Part shown: positions 1 to 10,886 of the stretch, in pieces | Position numbering within the stretch: the stretch's first letter is position 1 | How the letters are laid out: every line of letters begins with the position of its first letter | Source of the DNA: Spirochaetia bacterium | GTDB lineage: Bacteria > Spirochaetota > Spirochaetia > DSM-16054 > Sediminispirochaetaceae | NCBI GenBank assembly: GCA_034520965.1 | Contig: JAXHMY010000002.1 | Span: 256,001-320,000 of the forward strand | DNA length: 64,000 bases | Reading direction: 5' to 3' | The notes under the pieces: generated by a model | Database searches by the model: none | The model's input: only the letters and a program-made list of their open reading frames with translations | What the model was told of the DNA's origin: nothing | Translations under genes and position numbers: made by a program

Positions 1-765
1 CAGCCGCAAAACAAGGTACAGCGAACGGGCAACGGTTTGATCAGTGCATAGATATTCTGCATCGATAGTAAACAGGTCATCCTCATACTTCGTAAAACTC
101 ATACCTACTTCTTGCAGTTTAGAAAAGAGAACCGCCATAGGCCCCGCAGCAGACTGCGTTCGTCCGAAATCGGGATTACGGCTGTATATTCCAAGCACGC
201 CGGCATTTACTCGCTCCACAGCATTATCCGGAAGACGTTTGACAGGCCCGTAATAGATACGATGCAGCAAATCTTCCATTGAGCCATTGGTAATGGCTAC
301 AGCATTATCCTGCAGAAAGCTGAGCTTCACTCCCTGAATCTGGTTGGTCCACCATCGAACTTTCGCAGAGCGGCCCAAATCGGACTCCTCGCGCTGCCAG
401 TCCGCATTACTACGCAAAGACAGGGCCGCCATGGTTTCGGGGTACCTGCCCTGCCCGATTATTGAATAGCTAAAACCGGCATCCCGAAGATCGAAATAGC
501 AGTAGGCTATGTGAGTCCGGGTAAGGACAGTATCTAATTCGGCCGGATCCATTCCCAGAGCACTTAGCATCTTGTGGGCCAACGATAAATTCTCGCTCGG
601 CTTTACCTGCAAAAAGATGCCCTGCTCTTTATAGAGCAATTCGGCATAATTTTGCACAGCCGGTTCTGGACGGCCGGCACAGCCGCTCAACAGCATAATT
701 GCCACTACCGCAAGAGCTGTTATGCCCCCCACAACTCGTGTGGACCAGGCTGTTCGCAAATTCAT
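1..765 (-). CDS. Putative lipoprotein, runs off the window edge
   Basis: Not in the ORF track. ATG at 765 lies 2 nt after the ileS stop and the frame appears open to position 1. N-terminus MNLRTAWSTRVVGGITALAVVAIMLLSGC ends in a lipobox. Confidence 0.75.
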   Translation of the reverse strand, partial: MNLRTAWSTRVVGGITALAVVAIMLLSGCAGRPEPAVQNYAELLYKEQGIFLQVKPSENLSLAHKMLSALGMDPAELDTVLTRTHIAYCYFDLRDAGFSYSIIGQGRYPETMAALSLRSNADWQREESDLGRSAKVRWWTNQIQGVKLSFLQDNAVAITNGSMEDLLHRIYYGPVKRLPDNAVERVNAGVLGIYSRNPDFGRTQSAAGPMAVLFSKLQEVGMSFTKYEDDLFTIDAEYLCTDQTVARSLYLVLRL

Positions 766-767
766 CC

Positions 768-3700
768 TTAGGCCTTCTTTAGTCCCACCTTGCAGGTCTC
801 TTCTCCACAGTCAATCTGTTCTGCCTCTCCGCCTTCGCTCCAGCTGTAATTTTCAGCTAATGTTTCCTGCAGCAGATGCTCTTCAAAACTTTCAACAGCC
901 TGCTTGACCGTATCAGCTCCATCAATATACAGGTAGATTCTGTCGGTCACATCAAGACCTCTGTCTTTACGCATATTCTGAATACTGCGCACTATGTCTC
1001 GAACCATCCCTTCATTCTTTAGTTCTTCAGTAATTTCTGTATCTAGTCCAACCGTTAAGGAGCCCTCGTTAATTACCTTCACGTTCTTTTTTTCAGTACG
1101 CTGCACCACAATACCATCGAGGGTAAGTTCTAAAGAGCCTTCGTCGTAGTCGATGTACAGGGTAGCCCCTTCCATCAGTGACTGAATCTCGCTCATTGAG
1201 AGGGCTTCGATTTTCTTAGCAACGCTCTTCATATGCTTGCCAAGGGATTTTCCAAGCACCTTGTAGTTCGGCTTAGCCGAATACACAACCAGGTCTTCTT
1301 CATTTTCTTTGAACAGTACATCCTTTACATTGAGCTCTTCTCGAATAATATCTTCCATCTCGCGCAGTACTTTTCGCTCGGTACTGTCCCGGGTCACTAG
1401 ATATATAGCTTTCAGGGGTTGTCGGGTCTTGTAATTGTGCATACTCCGCAGAGCCCGTCCCATCGAAACCGCCTGGCGGGTAATTGCCATTTTCTGCTCA
1501 AGCTCGTGGTCCCGTAAAGCACTGTTCTCTACCGGATAATCGGCTAAGTGCACCGACTGGGGCATACCTTCGGTTTTAAGGTTCTGATAAATCGCTTCAG
1601 TAATAAAAGGAATAATTGGAGCAGCTACATGGACCAGCTTCATTAACACACTATAGATTGTACCATAAGCCTGCATTTTATCCGGATCATTTTCGGAGCG
1701 CCAGAAACGACGCCGGGAGCGACGAATATACCAGTTATTCAGTAAATCGATAAAGCGCAGGATAGGATCGATAGCTTTCTGCAGATCATAGACATCCAGC
1801 TGCTCGGTAACCTCACCTGTCAATCGCTCCGCCTCTGATAGAATCCAGCGATCCAGGGGATTCTCCGGGGCTTCCGGCTTAGGGTCTCCGGTGGGGTGGT
1901 ACTTATCGATGTTGGCGTAGGTGACAAAAAAGCTATACGCATTCCACAGGGGTATCAGAACACTTTTCAATACGTCCCTCACTCCCTCGTCGGAATAACG
2001 CAAATCCTCGGCCTTTACAACTGCCGAGTGCATCAAAAACAGGCGCAGCGCATCGGCACCAAATTTATTAAGCACCTCTACCGGGTCGGAGTAATTACGC
2101 TCCGATTTAGACATCTTCTTTCCATCTTCAGCCAAAACTAAACCGTTTACCACGACGTTCATAAAGGCCGGCTGCTCAAACAGTCCTGCGGCTAATATGG
2201 TAAGTGTGTAGAACCAGCCCCGGGTTTGATCCAAACCTTCGCAGATAAAATCCGCTGGAAAGTTATTTTCAAACCACTCTTTATTCTCAAAGGGATAATG
2301 GTTCTGCGCGTAAGGCATCGATCCGGATTCAAACCAGCAGTCAAGAACATCCGGAATGCGCCGCATGGTTCCTTTTCCGTCCGGGCTTGGCCAGGTTAGG
2401 TCGTCAACATAATGTTTATGCAGGTCGGGTACCTTTGTGCCGGACTTCTCTTCCAACTCCTGCCGTGAGGCGACAACCTCAATATAATCAGAACCGTCGC
2501 ACTTCCAGATCGGTATAGGGTTCCCCCAATACCGGTTACGACTGATAGCCCACTCACGGGCACCCTCGAGCCATTTTCCGAAACGCCCCTTCTTAAGGTG
2601 CTCGGGTACCCAGTTAATTTTATCATTGGATTCAAGCATGCTTTTCTTGATGCGATCGACATCGACAAACCAAGAAGAGACGGCACGATAGATAAGAGGC
2701 TTTTTAGTTCGATAACAGAAGGGGTAGCTGTGCTTGTACTTCTCTTTTTTAACCAGCTTCCCCTCTTCCTTCAGTTTCTGCATGATCGGATCGTCGGCGT
2801 CTTTTACAAACAGGCCTTCAAAGTCCGGCACCTCTCCGGTAAACCGGCACTCTGCATCGATCGGACAGATTACCGGCACATCCGTATTCTTCAGGGCGGC
2901 ATAGTCTTCTTCGCCAAAACCGGGGGCAGTGTGAACGATACCCGTTCCATCTTCGGTAGTTACATGTTCAGAGAGAATAGTGCGGAAGGCTCCAGTAGTA
3001 TGTAATTCTTTAAAATACGGAAACAGCGGTTCATACTCGATATTGACATACTTTTTACCGGGTTTTTCTTCGATCACCGAATAATCCTCTTCGCTGCGGT
3101 AATACGCACCTAACCGGTCTTTGGCGAAGATATAATATTCTTCACCGTCCTTTACTTTTACGTAGGTAAGGTCTTCACCCAGGGCAAGCGCGAGGTTCGA
3201 AGGAAGAGTCCACGGGGTGGTAGTCCAGGCCAGGAAGTAGGTATTCTCGGTATCCTTGACCTTAAATTTCACTGTCACCGCCGGATCGACCACATCCTGA
3301 TACCCGCCCAGGTTTACCTCAAAGTTCGACAGGGGGGTCGATAGTGCCGGACTATAGGGAAGAATTTTGTAGCCTTCATACAACAGTTCCTTATCCCACA
3401 GCCTTCTAATAACCCACCAAATAGATTCCATATAATTGGGATCCATAGTCTTATAGTCATTCTCAAAATCTACCCAACGTCCCATGCGTTTTACAATTCG
3501 CTCCCACTCCGAGGTGTAACGAAGTACGATTGAGCGGCAGGCTTCGTTGAATTTTGCAACTCCATACTCTTCAATTTCAGTTTTACCTGTAATTCCGAGG
3601 GATTTTTCAATTTCATACTCCACCGGCAAGCCATGGGTATCCCAGCCGAAACGACGCTCGACCTTTTTACCCTTCATGGTGTGGTACCTGGGAATAATGT

Positions 3701-3896
3701 CCTTTATAGTACCCGGAACAAAGTGTCCAAAGTGCGGAAGGCCGGTTGCAAAGGGAGGACCGTCATAGAAGACAAACTCCTCGTTCCCATCCCTCTGATC
3801 AATGGATTTTTGAAAAATGTCTTTATCTTCCCAAAACTTAAGAATATTTTCTTCCATCTCTGGAAAATTCACTTTAGGATCAACAGGTGTGTACAA
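768..3896 (-). CDS. ileS: Isoleucine--tRNA ligase (IleRS type 2)
   Basis: FYDGPPFATGLPHFGH (HIGH-like), GWDTHGLP, WTTTPWTLPSN, KMSKS, NWYIRRSRRRFW. TTG start with GAGGAGG RBS. Confidence 0.98.
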   Translation of the reverse strand: MYTPVDPKVNFPEMEENILKFWEDKDIFQKSIDQRDGNEEFVFYDGPPFATGLPHFGHFVPGTIKDIIPRYHTMKGKKVERRFGWDTHGLPVEYEIEKSLGITGKTEIEEYGVAKFNEACRSIVLRYTSEWERIVKRMGRWVDFENDYKTMDPNYMESIWWVIRRLWDKELLYEGYKILPYSPALSTPLSNFEVNLGGYQDVVDPAVTVKFKVKDTENTYFLAWTTTPWTLPSNLALALGEDLTYVKVKDGEEYYIFAKDRLGAYYRSEEDYSVIEEKPGKKYVNIEYEPLFPYFKELHTTGAFRTILSEHVTTEDGTGIVHTAPGFGEEDYAALKNTDVPVICPIDAECRFTGEVPDFEGLFVKDADDPIMQKLKEEGKLVKKEKYKHSYPFCYRTKKPLIYRAVSSWFVDVDRIKKSMLESNDKINWVPEHLKKGRFGKWLEGAREWAISRNRYWGNPIPIWKCDGSDYIEVVASRQELEEKSGTKVPDLHKHYVDDLTWPSPDGKGTMRRIPDVLDCWFESGSMPYAQNHYPFENKEWFENNFPADFICEGLDQTRGWFYTLTILAAGLFEQPAFMNVVVNGLVLAEDGKKMSKSERNYSDPVEVLNKFGADALRLFLMHSAVVKAEDLRYSDEGVRDVLKSVLIPLWNAYSFFVTYANIDKYHPTGDPKPEAPENPLDRWILSEAERLTGEVTEQLDVYDLQKAIDPILRFIDLLNNWYIRRSRRRFWRSENDPDKMQAYGTIYSVLMKLVHVAAPIIPFITEAIYQNLKTEGMPQSVHLADYPVENSALRDHELEQKMAITRQAVSMGRALRSMHNYKTRQPLKAIYLVTRDSTERKVLREMEDIIREELNVKDVLFKENEEDLVVYSAKPNYKVLGKSLGKHMKSVAKKIEALSMSEIQSLMEGATLYIDYDEGSLELTLDGIVVQRTEKKNVKVINEGSLTVGLDTEITEELKNEGMVRDIVRSIQNMRKDRGLDVTDRIYLYIDGADTVKQAVESFEEHLLQETLAENYSWSEGGEAEQIDCGEETCKVGLKKA

Positions 3897-3936
3897 AACT
3901 TCCTCCTCAGATATCCCCGTTATTTACGATGAAAGC

Positions 3937-3965
3937 ATTCTAGAGAGAGGGATAGACAGTGTCAA
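3937..3965 (-). promoter_or_regulatory. sigma70-type promoter of ileS
   Basis: Minus strand TTGACA-N17-TAGAAT, about 40 nt upstream of the start; no room for a T-box leader. Confidence 0.8.
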
Positions 3966-4025
3966 GACGTAATCCCAATTCTGCGGCGGGCTGTGAACGT
4001 ACGGCGACTATTTTTGATAAAGTGC

Positions 4026-4052
4026 TAAAGCCGTTTTTTCTACCGCCGAAAA
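4026..4052 (+). promoter_or_regulatory. sigma28 (FliA) promoter of flaB
   Basis: TAAA(4026-4029)-N15-GCCGAAAA(4045-4052); consensus is TAAA-N15-GCCGATAA. Confidence 0.85.
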
Positions 4053-4063
4053 TTGAATATATA

Positions 4064-4102
4064 GCAGACAAGGATGTCTGCCCACTATTCAAGGAGGAAT
4101 AG
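4064..4102 (+). promoter_or_regulatory. Two CsrA-type GGA-loop hairpins in the flaB leader
   Basis: GCAGACA-AGGA-TGTCTGC (4064-4081) and CTATTC-AAGGAG-GAATAG (4085-4102); the second contains the Shine-Dalgarno sequence. Confidence 0.75.
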
Positions 4103-4105
4103 AAT

Positions 4106-4978
4106 ATGATTATTAATCACAACATGAGCGCAATTTTTGCCCAACGCCAAAACAAGTTCAACAACTGGAACGTAACCAAGAACATGGAAAAGCTGTCTTC
4201 CGGTCTTCGTATCAACCGTGCCGGTGATGATGCCTCAGGTCTGGCAGTATCGGAAAAGATGCGTGCCCAAATCCGCGGTCTCCAGCAGGCCCAGCGAAAT
4301 ACGGAGAACGGCATATCCTTCATCCAGACTGCCGAGGGGTATCTACAAGAATCCCAGGATATTCTTCATCGTATGCGTGAACTGGCCGTGCAGAGTGCGA
4401 ACGGCGTGTACACTGATGAAGACCGTATGCAGATTCAGGTAGAAATCAGTCAGTTAGTTGACGAGGTAAACCGCATTGCCAGCCATGCACAGTTTAACGG
4501 GATGAACATGCTCACCGGTCGGTTTGCTTCCGAAGGCGGTGAAAATACCGTCACCGCAAGTATGTGGTTCCAGATTGGGGCTAATATGGATCAGCGGGAA
4601 AGGGTCTTTATCGGTACAATGACAGCCCAGGGTCTGGGAATACAGGGAGCCGATTCCATGCCCCACGCCGCCAGTTTTATCTCAATGTCTACTCCGGATA
4701 AAGCTAACATTTCAATATCGGTCATCGACGGTGCTTTACGGAAGGTTAACAAGCAGCGCGCGGACCTAGGCGCATACCAAAACCGACTGGAGCACGCGTC
4801 CACAGGGCTTATGGTAGGTGCGGAGAATATACAGGCCGCTGAATCACAGATCAGAGATGCTGATATGGCCAAGCAGATGGTTGATTATACCAAGAATCAA
4901 ATACTGGTTCAATCTTCTAACGCTATGCTCGCTCAGGCAAATCAGAAGACACAGTCGGTGCTGCAGCTGCTGCAGTAG
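4106..4978 (+). CDS. flaB: Periplasmic flagellar filament core flagellin FlaB
   Basis: MIINHNMSA start, [36 protein letters not shown]; 290 aa as in spirochete FlaB. Confidence 0.97.
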   Translation: MIINHNMSAIFAQRQNKFNNWNVTKNMEKLSSGLRINRAGDDASGLAVSEKMRAQIRGLQQAQRNTENGISFIQTAEGYLQESQDILHRMRELAVQSANGVYTDEDRMQIQVEISQLVDEVNRIASHAQFNGMNMLTGRFASEGGENTVTASMWFQIGANMDQRERVFIGTMTAQGLGIQGADSMPHAASFISMSTPDKANISISVIDGALRKVNKQRADLGAYQNRLEHASTGLMVGAENIQAAESQIRDADMAKQMVDYTKNQILVQSSNAMLAQANQKTQSVLQLLQ

Positions 4979-5027
4979 AGCAGCCAGAACCTGCTCTTTT
5001 AAGAAAGCTATTGAGACGTCTATTGAG

Positions 5028-5056
5028 AGCCGCCCGGAAATTGGGCGGCTTTTTTT
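5028..5056 (+). terminator. Intrinsic terminator after flaB
   Basis: AGCCGCCCG-GAAAT-TGGGCGGCT followed by a T tract. Confidence 0.85.
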
Positions 5057-5172
5057 GTGCATGCTCGTATACCCCTTTACGCATAATCCCAACGAATTCT
5101 GAGCGGTTGCAGCAGGACTTAGCGCAGCTTGGCAGCTTGACAGTTTGCTTTATGATAGGTAAGAAGAGGGTG

Positions 5173-6536
5173 ATGAAAAAATTGCAGTTACCAAAAATAG
5201 TGCGGGATTTCGGCCGTAGTTTTGAACAGCACGGTCACAACTGTTACCTGGTCGGCGGGGCCGTTCGCAATATAGTCCTTGGCTATAAACCAACTGATTA
5301 CGATTTTGCCACGGATGCCACACCTCAAGAGGTCATGAATATATTTCGTACCGTCATTCCTACCGGCATAAAGCACGGTACGGTAACCGTCATCTTCAAG
5401 GGCCAACACTACGAAGTGACCACCTTTCGGGTTGAAGGAACCTACAGTAACGCCCGCCACCCGGATCAAATACATTTTACCCCTGATTTGTTTGAAGATT
5501 TAAAGCGCAGGGATTTTACAATCAATTCCATGGCAGTTCATCTTGGTGACGGAGCCTTGGTCGATCCACACTCGGGACGCAGTGACCTGAAAAAGAAGCT
5601 TATCCGTGCCATCGGAAACCCAAGAGACCGTTTCTTTGAGGATGGACTTAGGTTGCTGAGAGCCTGCCGATTTGCAGCCCAGCTTGAGTTCAGTATTGAA
5701 GAGGAGACCCATGCCGCAATGATAGAAACAGCCGATACCCTGAAGCAGGTTTCCGCAGAACGTATACGGGATGAATTAGTAAAAATGCTGGCTGCAGAAA
5801 AACCATCAATCGGCCTGCACACGATGGAAGAAACAGGAGTGCTGCGTCTTATTCTACCGGAGCTGGCAGATTGCCGTGCTGTCTACCAAGGTGGGTATCA
5901 CTCCTTCGACGTGCTTGATCACTCCCTGTTTGCCTGTGACGGCGCTCCACGGGACAATGTAGTGGTCCGACTGGCCGCCTTACTGCACGATATTGGAAAG
6001 GCATCTACAGTCGAAATAGGACCGGAGGGCGACCGTTCCTTCCACCGCCACGAACAGGACTCCGAGGAGAAGTGCCGTAATATTATGAGGCGCTTGAAAT
6101 TTTCAAATGAAGAAGTAAAAATGTCTGTCATTTAGTGGCCCAGCATATGTTCAACTATCAGCCGGAGTGGTCCGACGGGGCAGTACGAAGATTCATTTCA
6201 AGGGTTGGACAGAAGTATCTGCCTCATTTGTTTGATTTGCGGATAGCCGATCAATACGGAATGCACGGTATCTATCCGCGTCGGGATACACTGACTCCTC
6301 TGAGAGATCGCATACAGGCGGTGCTTTCACAAAAGGACGCGCTCTCAATTAAGGATTTAGCGGTAGATGGAAATATTTTGGCCCAAGAAGCTGGAATTCC
6401 GAAGGGTCCGGACATGGGTGTAGTACTAGAGCATTTACTTGAAACTGTAATGGATGACCCTTCTCTGAATACAAAAAAAAATCTTCTGGCACTGGCCAGA
6501 AGATTCTATGAAACTTACATGAAAGAAAACGAATAG
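5173..6536 (+). CDS. cca: CCA tRNA nucleotidyltransferase / poly(A) polymerase family with HD domain; frameshift near 6120
   Basis: YLVGGAVRN..DYDFAT, DLKRRDFTIN, EDGLRLLRACRF, LLHDIGK; the C-terminus is in the next frame (6135-6536). Confidence 0.85.
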
Positions 6537-6538
6537 GC

Positions 6539-7342
6539 CTAGTTCTTTTCAAACTTCCCCGAAATCTTCTTACGCTTTTTACCTGTTTTCTCGGTTTCTT
6601 CGGTTAAGGCCTGGTATGCGATACCTGCAGCATGCTGTTCAGCTTCTTTCTTATTTTTCCCTTTTCCGGGGCCGTATGTCTTACCTTCCACACCTACTTC
6701 AATCCAGAAGGTTCTGTCATGGTCAGGGCCGGTTTTTTTCACTAAAGAATATCGCGGGTAACTTTTGTACTTCTTTTGCACAAACTCCTGTAGAAGGGTT
6801 TTATAATCCTTCTTGTGCCTATTCTCAAGCACCTTATTGATCTCAGGAATAAGATATTTCAGTATAAAAGCCCTGGACGGCTTAAACCCTGAATCTAAAT
6901 AATAGGCACCGATGATGGCTTCCATACAGTCGGCAAGAATGGCCTTCTTTGACCTACCGCCGGAATATTCTTCACCCTTACCGATTAGAATAAAATTGTC
7001 TATTTTTATTGCTTTGGCAATTTCGGCCAAGCTGTCTTCGCTGACGACAAAAGATTTAACCCTGGCGAGATCCCCTTCGGCGCGGTCGGACAGGGCGTAA
7101 TACAAATATTCACTGACAACTAAGCCGAGTACACTGTCGCCCAAGAACTCAAGTTTTTCGTTATTGCTGATATCCTCACCACTTTCATTCGCAAAAGAGC
7201 GGTGAGAAAAAGCAAGGTTCAGGAGCTGGGGCTTCCTGAACCTTATTCCTATATGCTTTTCAAAGAGCTGAAGCTCTTTTTTCCGCTCTTGATCAATTGG
7301 CGGAGCGTGTACTACATTTTGTACTTTTGGTAAAAGACCCAC
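6539..7342 (-). CDS. rnc: Ribonuclease III
   Basis: NEKLEFLGDSVLGL signature; C-terminal dsRBD (DYKTLLQE...GKGKNKKEAEQ). Confidence 0.97.
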   Translation of the reverse strand: MGLLPKVQNVVHAPPIDQERKKELQLFEKHIGIRFRKPQLLNLAFSHRSFANESGEDISNNEKLEFLGDSVLGLVVSEYLYYALSDRAEGDLARVKSFVVSEDSLAEIAKAIKIDNFILIGKGEEYSGGRSKKAILADCMEAIIGAYYLDSGFKPSRAFILKYLIPEINKVLENRHKKDYKTLLQEFVQKKYKSYPRYSLVKKTGPDHDRTFWIEVGVEGKTYGPGKGKNKKEAEQHAAGIAYQALTEETEKTGKKRKKISGKFEKN

Positions 7343-7359
7343 GTCCCTACCACTTTTCT

Positions 7360-7599
7360 TTATTCTTGTGATTGAGATTTAAGGAACTCGACGGCGTCGC
7401 CAACCGTTTCAAATTCGTTTGCCTTTTCATCGGGAATAGTGATTCCCATTTCTTCTTCAATCGCATACACAAGTTCGTAGGTATCGAGACTATCAGCCCC
7501 AAGATCCTGCCGAAATGAAGCTTCAGGTTTAATTTTGTCTTCTTCAACCTCAAGTTTCTCAGCAATTAGTTTTTTAACCTTTTCATACACTTCGTCCAT
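7360..7599 (-). CDS. acpP: Acyl carrier protein
   Basis: DLGADSLDTYEL phosphopantetheine site; acidic 79 aa. Confidence 0.97.
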   Translation of the reverse strand: MDEVYEKVKKLIAEKLEVEEDKIKPEASFRQDLGADSLDTYELVYAIEEEMGITIPDEKANEFETVGDAVEFLKSQSQE

Positions 7600-7624
7600 A
7601 GTTATCTCCTTTTCTCATTGAGTA

Positions 7625-7804
7625 TCATTCCAGATCGATTACCTGACGTCCTCGATATGAACCGCATTTCGGGCACACACGATGAGGAAGCACTAGGTTA
7701 CCGCAGGAACTGCATCCAACCAAGCCAGGTGCAGATCGTTTCATGTTGATTGATCTCCGCCTTCTGCTCCGAGCTTTTGAGGCTCTACTTTTAGGTACTG
7801 CCAT
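7625..7804 (-). CDS. rpmF: 50S ribosomal protein L32 (59 aa, absent from the ORF track)
   Basis: MAVPKSRASKARSRRRRS...CSSCGNLVLPHRVCPKCGSYRGRQV; lies directly upstream of acpP. Confidence 0.95.
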   Translation of the reverse strand: MAVPKSRASKARSRRRRSINMKRSAPGLVGCSSCGNLVLPHRVCPKCGSYRGRQVIDLE

Positions 7805-7881
7805 ATAAAAAACCTTCTCAAATGCGCTACGGCTTTATCCTGGCAGTCAAACGGAACGATGAACTTAATACAGATCAATTG

Positions 7882-8364
7882 TCAACTATCCCTCAACTTA
7901 TCTCTCAGCGCATCGGCGACCTGGGGAGGAACCATCGTGGAAAGGTCACCATCATACAGTGCTATCTCCTTGATAGCTGAAGAACGGAGTACAAAATATT
8001 TCGGGTCCGTCGGCATAAACATAATTTCAAGTTCCGGTCGAAGTTCTTTATTCGTCATGGCCAATTCAAACTCATAGCCGAAATCAGCCAGGGCCCGCAC
8101 CCCCCGCAGCATTACCTTTGCCTTATGCTCTACAGCATAATCCACAATCAGGCTGTACCACAGGTTTACCTGTACGTTACGGTATGATTTTAAAAGCTCC
8201 CGCATCATATCGAGCCGTTCCTCTGGGGTAAACAGGGTCTTTTTGGCCTGATTTACTGCAACTACCACGTGGAGCTGCTCAAATATACTTGCCGCGCGGG
8301 CAATTAAGTTCAAATGCCCATTTGTAGGCGGATCAAAGGTACCTGGAAAAATGGCTGTTTGCAT
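7882..8364 (-). CDS. coaD: Phosphopantetheine adenylyltransferase
   Basis: AIFPGTFDPPTNGHLN, RGVRALADFGYE, SSAIKEIA; start placed at MQTAIFPG. Confidence 0.96.
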   Translation of the reverse strand: MQTAIFPGTFDPPTNGHLNLIARAASIFEQLHVVVAVNQAKKTLFTPEERLDMMRELLKSYRNVQVNLWYSLIVDYAVEHKAKVMLRGVRALADFGYEFELAMTNKELRPELEIMFMPTDPKYFVLRSSAIKEIALYDGDLSTMVPPQVADALRDKLRDS

Positions 8365-8370
8365 GCAGGA

Positions 8371-8523
8371 ATTGTAATAGTGGAACCACATATGGTCAAG
8401 GCAGGATACATAAAATCATCAGATCCATATTTAGTAGCTTGCAGTCTTTCCAAATTGGAATTGCTTTGTTTTGCGCTGTTTTATAAAAATAGTTTTGACA
8501 AAGTACACGCACATGGATACACT
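8371..8523. promoter_or_regulatory. Divergent sigma70-type promoters
   Basis: Minus TTGACC-N17-TACAAT (8399 to 8371) before coaD; plus TTGACA-N17-TACACT (8495-8523) before the lipoprotein gene. Confidence 0.65.
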
Positions 8524-8531
8524 TTATATTG

Positions 8532-9142
8532 ATGAGAAACTACCCTATTTTTTCAGCTATATGTATTTTAACTGTATCTGTTTTGGTCGTCGGCTGTGCA
8601 GGCACCCTCGCGGCGCGAGGAAGAGGCTGAAAGTTCTCACGCTGCTGCTGCGCCTGAGACAGAGCCTGTAACAGACAAGTGAACCAGCCCCGGATGAGAA
8701 GGAAACTGATGAGCAGGAAAATTCTGAACCCCAATCCTCAGGAGATAAGAGTCCAGAAGAGTATACTATGGGAGAGGAGGAGTATCAGGAAACAAAGAAG
8801 GACCTTGCTAACCTGGTTCAAGAGCTGAACCAAATCATCGCCAACCGTAATTATCAGGCATGGCTTGCTTATCTTACTAAAGAGTATAAAGATTATTATA
8901 GCGATCCGAAAGTGCTGCAGGAATACTCAGAGGCGCCGCTGCTGCAGAAATACGACATCAAACTGCGCAGTCTCAAAGATTACTTCAACTATGTAGTGGT
9001 AGCCAGCCGTAAGGACGTAAAGATCGACGACATCAAGCCGCTGAGCGAGAACAAGGTTCGAGCGTACATGAATGTAAATGGAGAACCTATTGTGGTCTAC
9101 ACTCTCGAGAAGGTAGATGGACAATGGAAAATTACAAAATAA
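8532..9142 (+). CDS. Putative lipoprotein, frameshifted in its acidic linker
   Basis: MRNYPIFSAICILTVSVLVVGC lipobox from 8532; an acidic linker in other frames joins ORF 8768-9142. Confidence 0.6.
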
Positions 9143-9155
9143 AAATTTTTAGTCT

Positions 9156-9896
9156 ATGGAGTGTGCTATGAAAAACAACTTCGGGAAAATAATTACATTT
9201 TTTCTCATACTTTTTTTAATCCCTATTCTCGGATGGGCTCAGCAGGAAAATAACGGCCAGTCGGAAGATCAGGATGAAACTACCGTTGAAGAACTATTTC
9301 TTCAGAGCGTCGAGATGCGGATAATCGGCGAACAGGCCTTTGATGATAATCGCAGCAGTAAGTTATCTGCCCTGGATAACCTTGAAGGGCTTGTAGAAGA
9401 GGGACAAGTAGCAGCCGGTGATGCCGAGGCTACCTATATTCTTGACCGGCTTTCCTCTGAAGGTATTGGAGTTCAGCTTCGTGAAAACGGCCGGCTTATC
9501 AATAATTTTCCGGAAGTTCGCCGCAGAGCCAGTGAACTGCTTGGAAAAATTGGAGGAGAATCGGCTAAGGACACTCTCATAAATGTACTGCTTTCCGACG
9601 AAGAACCGATGGTGCTGGCCGAGGCTGTCTACGCATTAGGAGAGATGGCTGCTGATAACGAGAACAATCAGATGACCCAAGCTATCTCTTTCAGTATTCT
9701 TAACCAGGATATTATGACCCCTGACCAGAACTTTGCTTACGCTGCCCTGCTCTCCATTGAAAAGCTTGCAGAACATAATGGTGGTCTTAACGATCCTAGT
9801 ATTTATCGGGCTTTGATTCGAATATCACAAGGTAACTACATTACCACCGTTCAAGATAAAGCCCAAGAGGTTCTGCGGACATTGATGTCATATTAG
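9156..9896 (+). CDS. Exported HEAT-repeat protein
   Basis: Signal peptide; PEVRRRASELLGKIG and DEEPMVLAEAVYALG HEAT/PBS-like repeats. Confidence 0.75.
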   Translation: MECAMKNNFGKIITFFLILFLIPILGWAQQENNGQSEDQDETTVEELFLQSVEMRIIGEQAFDDNRSSKLSALDNLEGLVEEGQVAAGDAEATYILDRLSSEGIGVQLRENGRLINNFPEVRRRASELLGKIGGESAKDTLINVLLSDEEPMVLAEAVYALGEMAADNENNQMTQAISFSILNQDIMTPDQNFAYAALLSIEKLAEHNGGLNDPSIYRALIRISQGNYITTVQDKAQEVLRTLMSY

Positions 9897-9977
9897 TAGA
9901 TACATATTAGTAGCTAAGTAAGGATAAATGCTTCAGTACTGATGGGTAGTTACTCATGAGTATCTGGAGCATTTTTT

Positions 9978-10487
9978 TTAGTTGAGCAGCTCTTCAATCC
10001 ATTTCTGCTCGGCATCAAGGTGCAGAAGCATTTTACGGGTAAGGGCTTTCTTATATCGCGGGGTATTGTCTGTATAAAGGTTATACTCATCGGTATACTT
10101 ACGCTGCTTCTCATGCAGCTCCTTCAGCTTTGTTTTAAGCATATCCTGAGCATCGTAATGATCCATTCTATCAAGAAAGAAGAGGCTCAGGGTAAATTCG
10201 TCTTTGATCGAAATTTGAATCTTTTTTTTCTGGGTAAGCAGCCAGCTTTTAAAAAAGGCACTGCCGGTTTCAGTTATAGAATACACATTTTTCTCAACTG
10301 CTTTTTTTCCCTGCACAGTTTTCATAGTAACTAGATCATCTTCCGCTAACTTTCTTAATGTGGGGTACAACTGTCCATAGGAAACCGGCCAAAGATCGCC
10401 CATCATGTGTTCAAACTTTTGTTTAATCTCGTACCCGTAATGAGGCTCCTGGTCCAATAGCCCCAAAATTGCGTATTTCAATGACAT
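9978..10487 (-). CDS. PadR family transcriptional regulator
   Basis: MSLKYAILGLL..PHYGYEIK..SYGQLYPTLRKL..YSITETG. Confidence 0.92.
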   Translation of the reverse strand: MSLKYAILGLLDQEPHYGYEIKQKFEHMMGDLWPVSYGQLYPTLRKLAEDDLVTMKTVQGKKAVEKNVYSITETGSAFFKSWLLTQKKKIQISIKDEFTLSLFFLDRMDHYDAQDMLKTKLKELHEKQRKYTDEYNLYTDNTPRYKKALTRKMLLHLDAEQKWIEELLN

Positions 10488-10493
10488 ATTGAA

Positions 10494-10883
10494 TTACCGT
10501 CCAAAATCCAGTTTTTCCCGCATTTCCTTCCGCCAGCTCACCGATTGTTCCGCTTTTTCATACGGGATTCGCTTTCTAATACTAAAATCCCTATTCGAAG
10601 AACCGGACTTGAACTTTATTATACCAAAAGATCCTTGTCCAAGATAGCATATTTTTTCTCTTGCGTCTAGGTTTTCGGCCTCTGCTACTTCCTGGATTGC
10701 GCAGTCAAAGTGGATTGGTTCGTTTGTCGGGTTAGCAAGAGCCATTTGCGGATTGCGAATATTTTTCCCGCATCGAATACAGGTGAGTTGAACAGAACCG
10801 GCTATTTTTGACTGAGATTCGCTGCGGTCACGACCGCCGCCGCGCCGCCGTCCACGACGGGACGAGTTGTTTCTTCTACTCAA
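10494..10883 (-). CDS. Hypothetical protein with Arg-rich N-terminus and CxxC...HxxC putative zinc site
   Basis: CIRC...HFDC; TTG start after a GAGGAG RBS; in line with the operon. Confidence 0.7.
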   Translation of the reverse strand: MSRRNNSSRRGRRRGGGRDRSESQSKIAGSVQLTCIRCGKNIRNPQMALANPTNEPIHFDCAIQEVAEAENLDAREKICYLGQGSFGIIKFKSGSSNRDFSIRKRIPYEKAEQSVSWRKEMREKLDFGR

Positions 10884-10886
10884 GTA

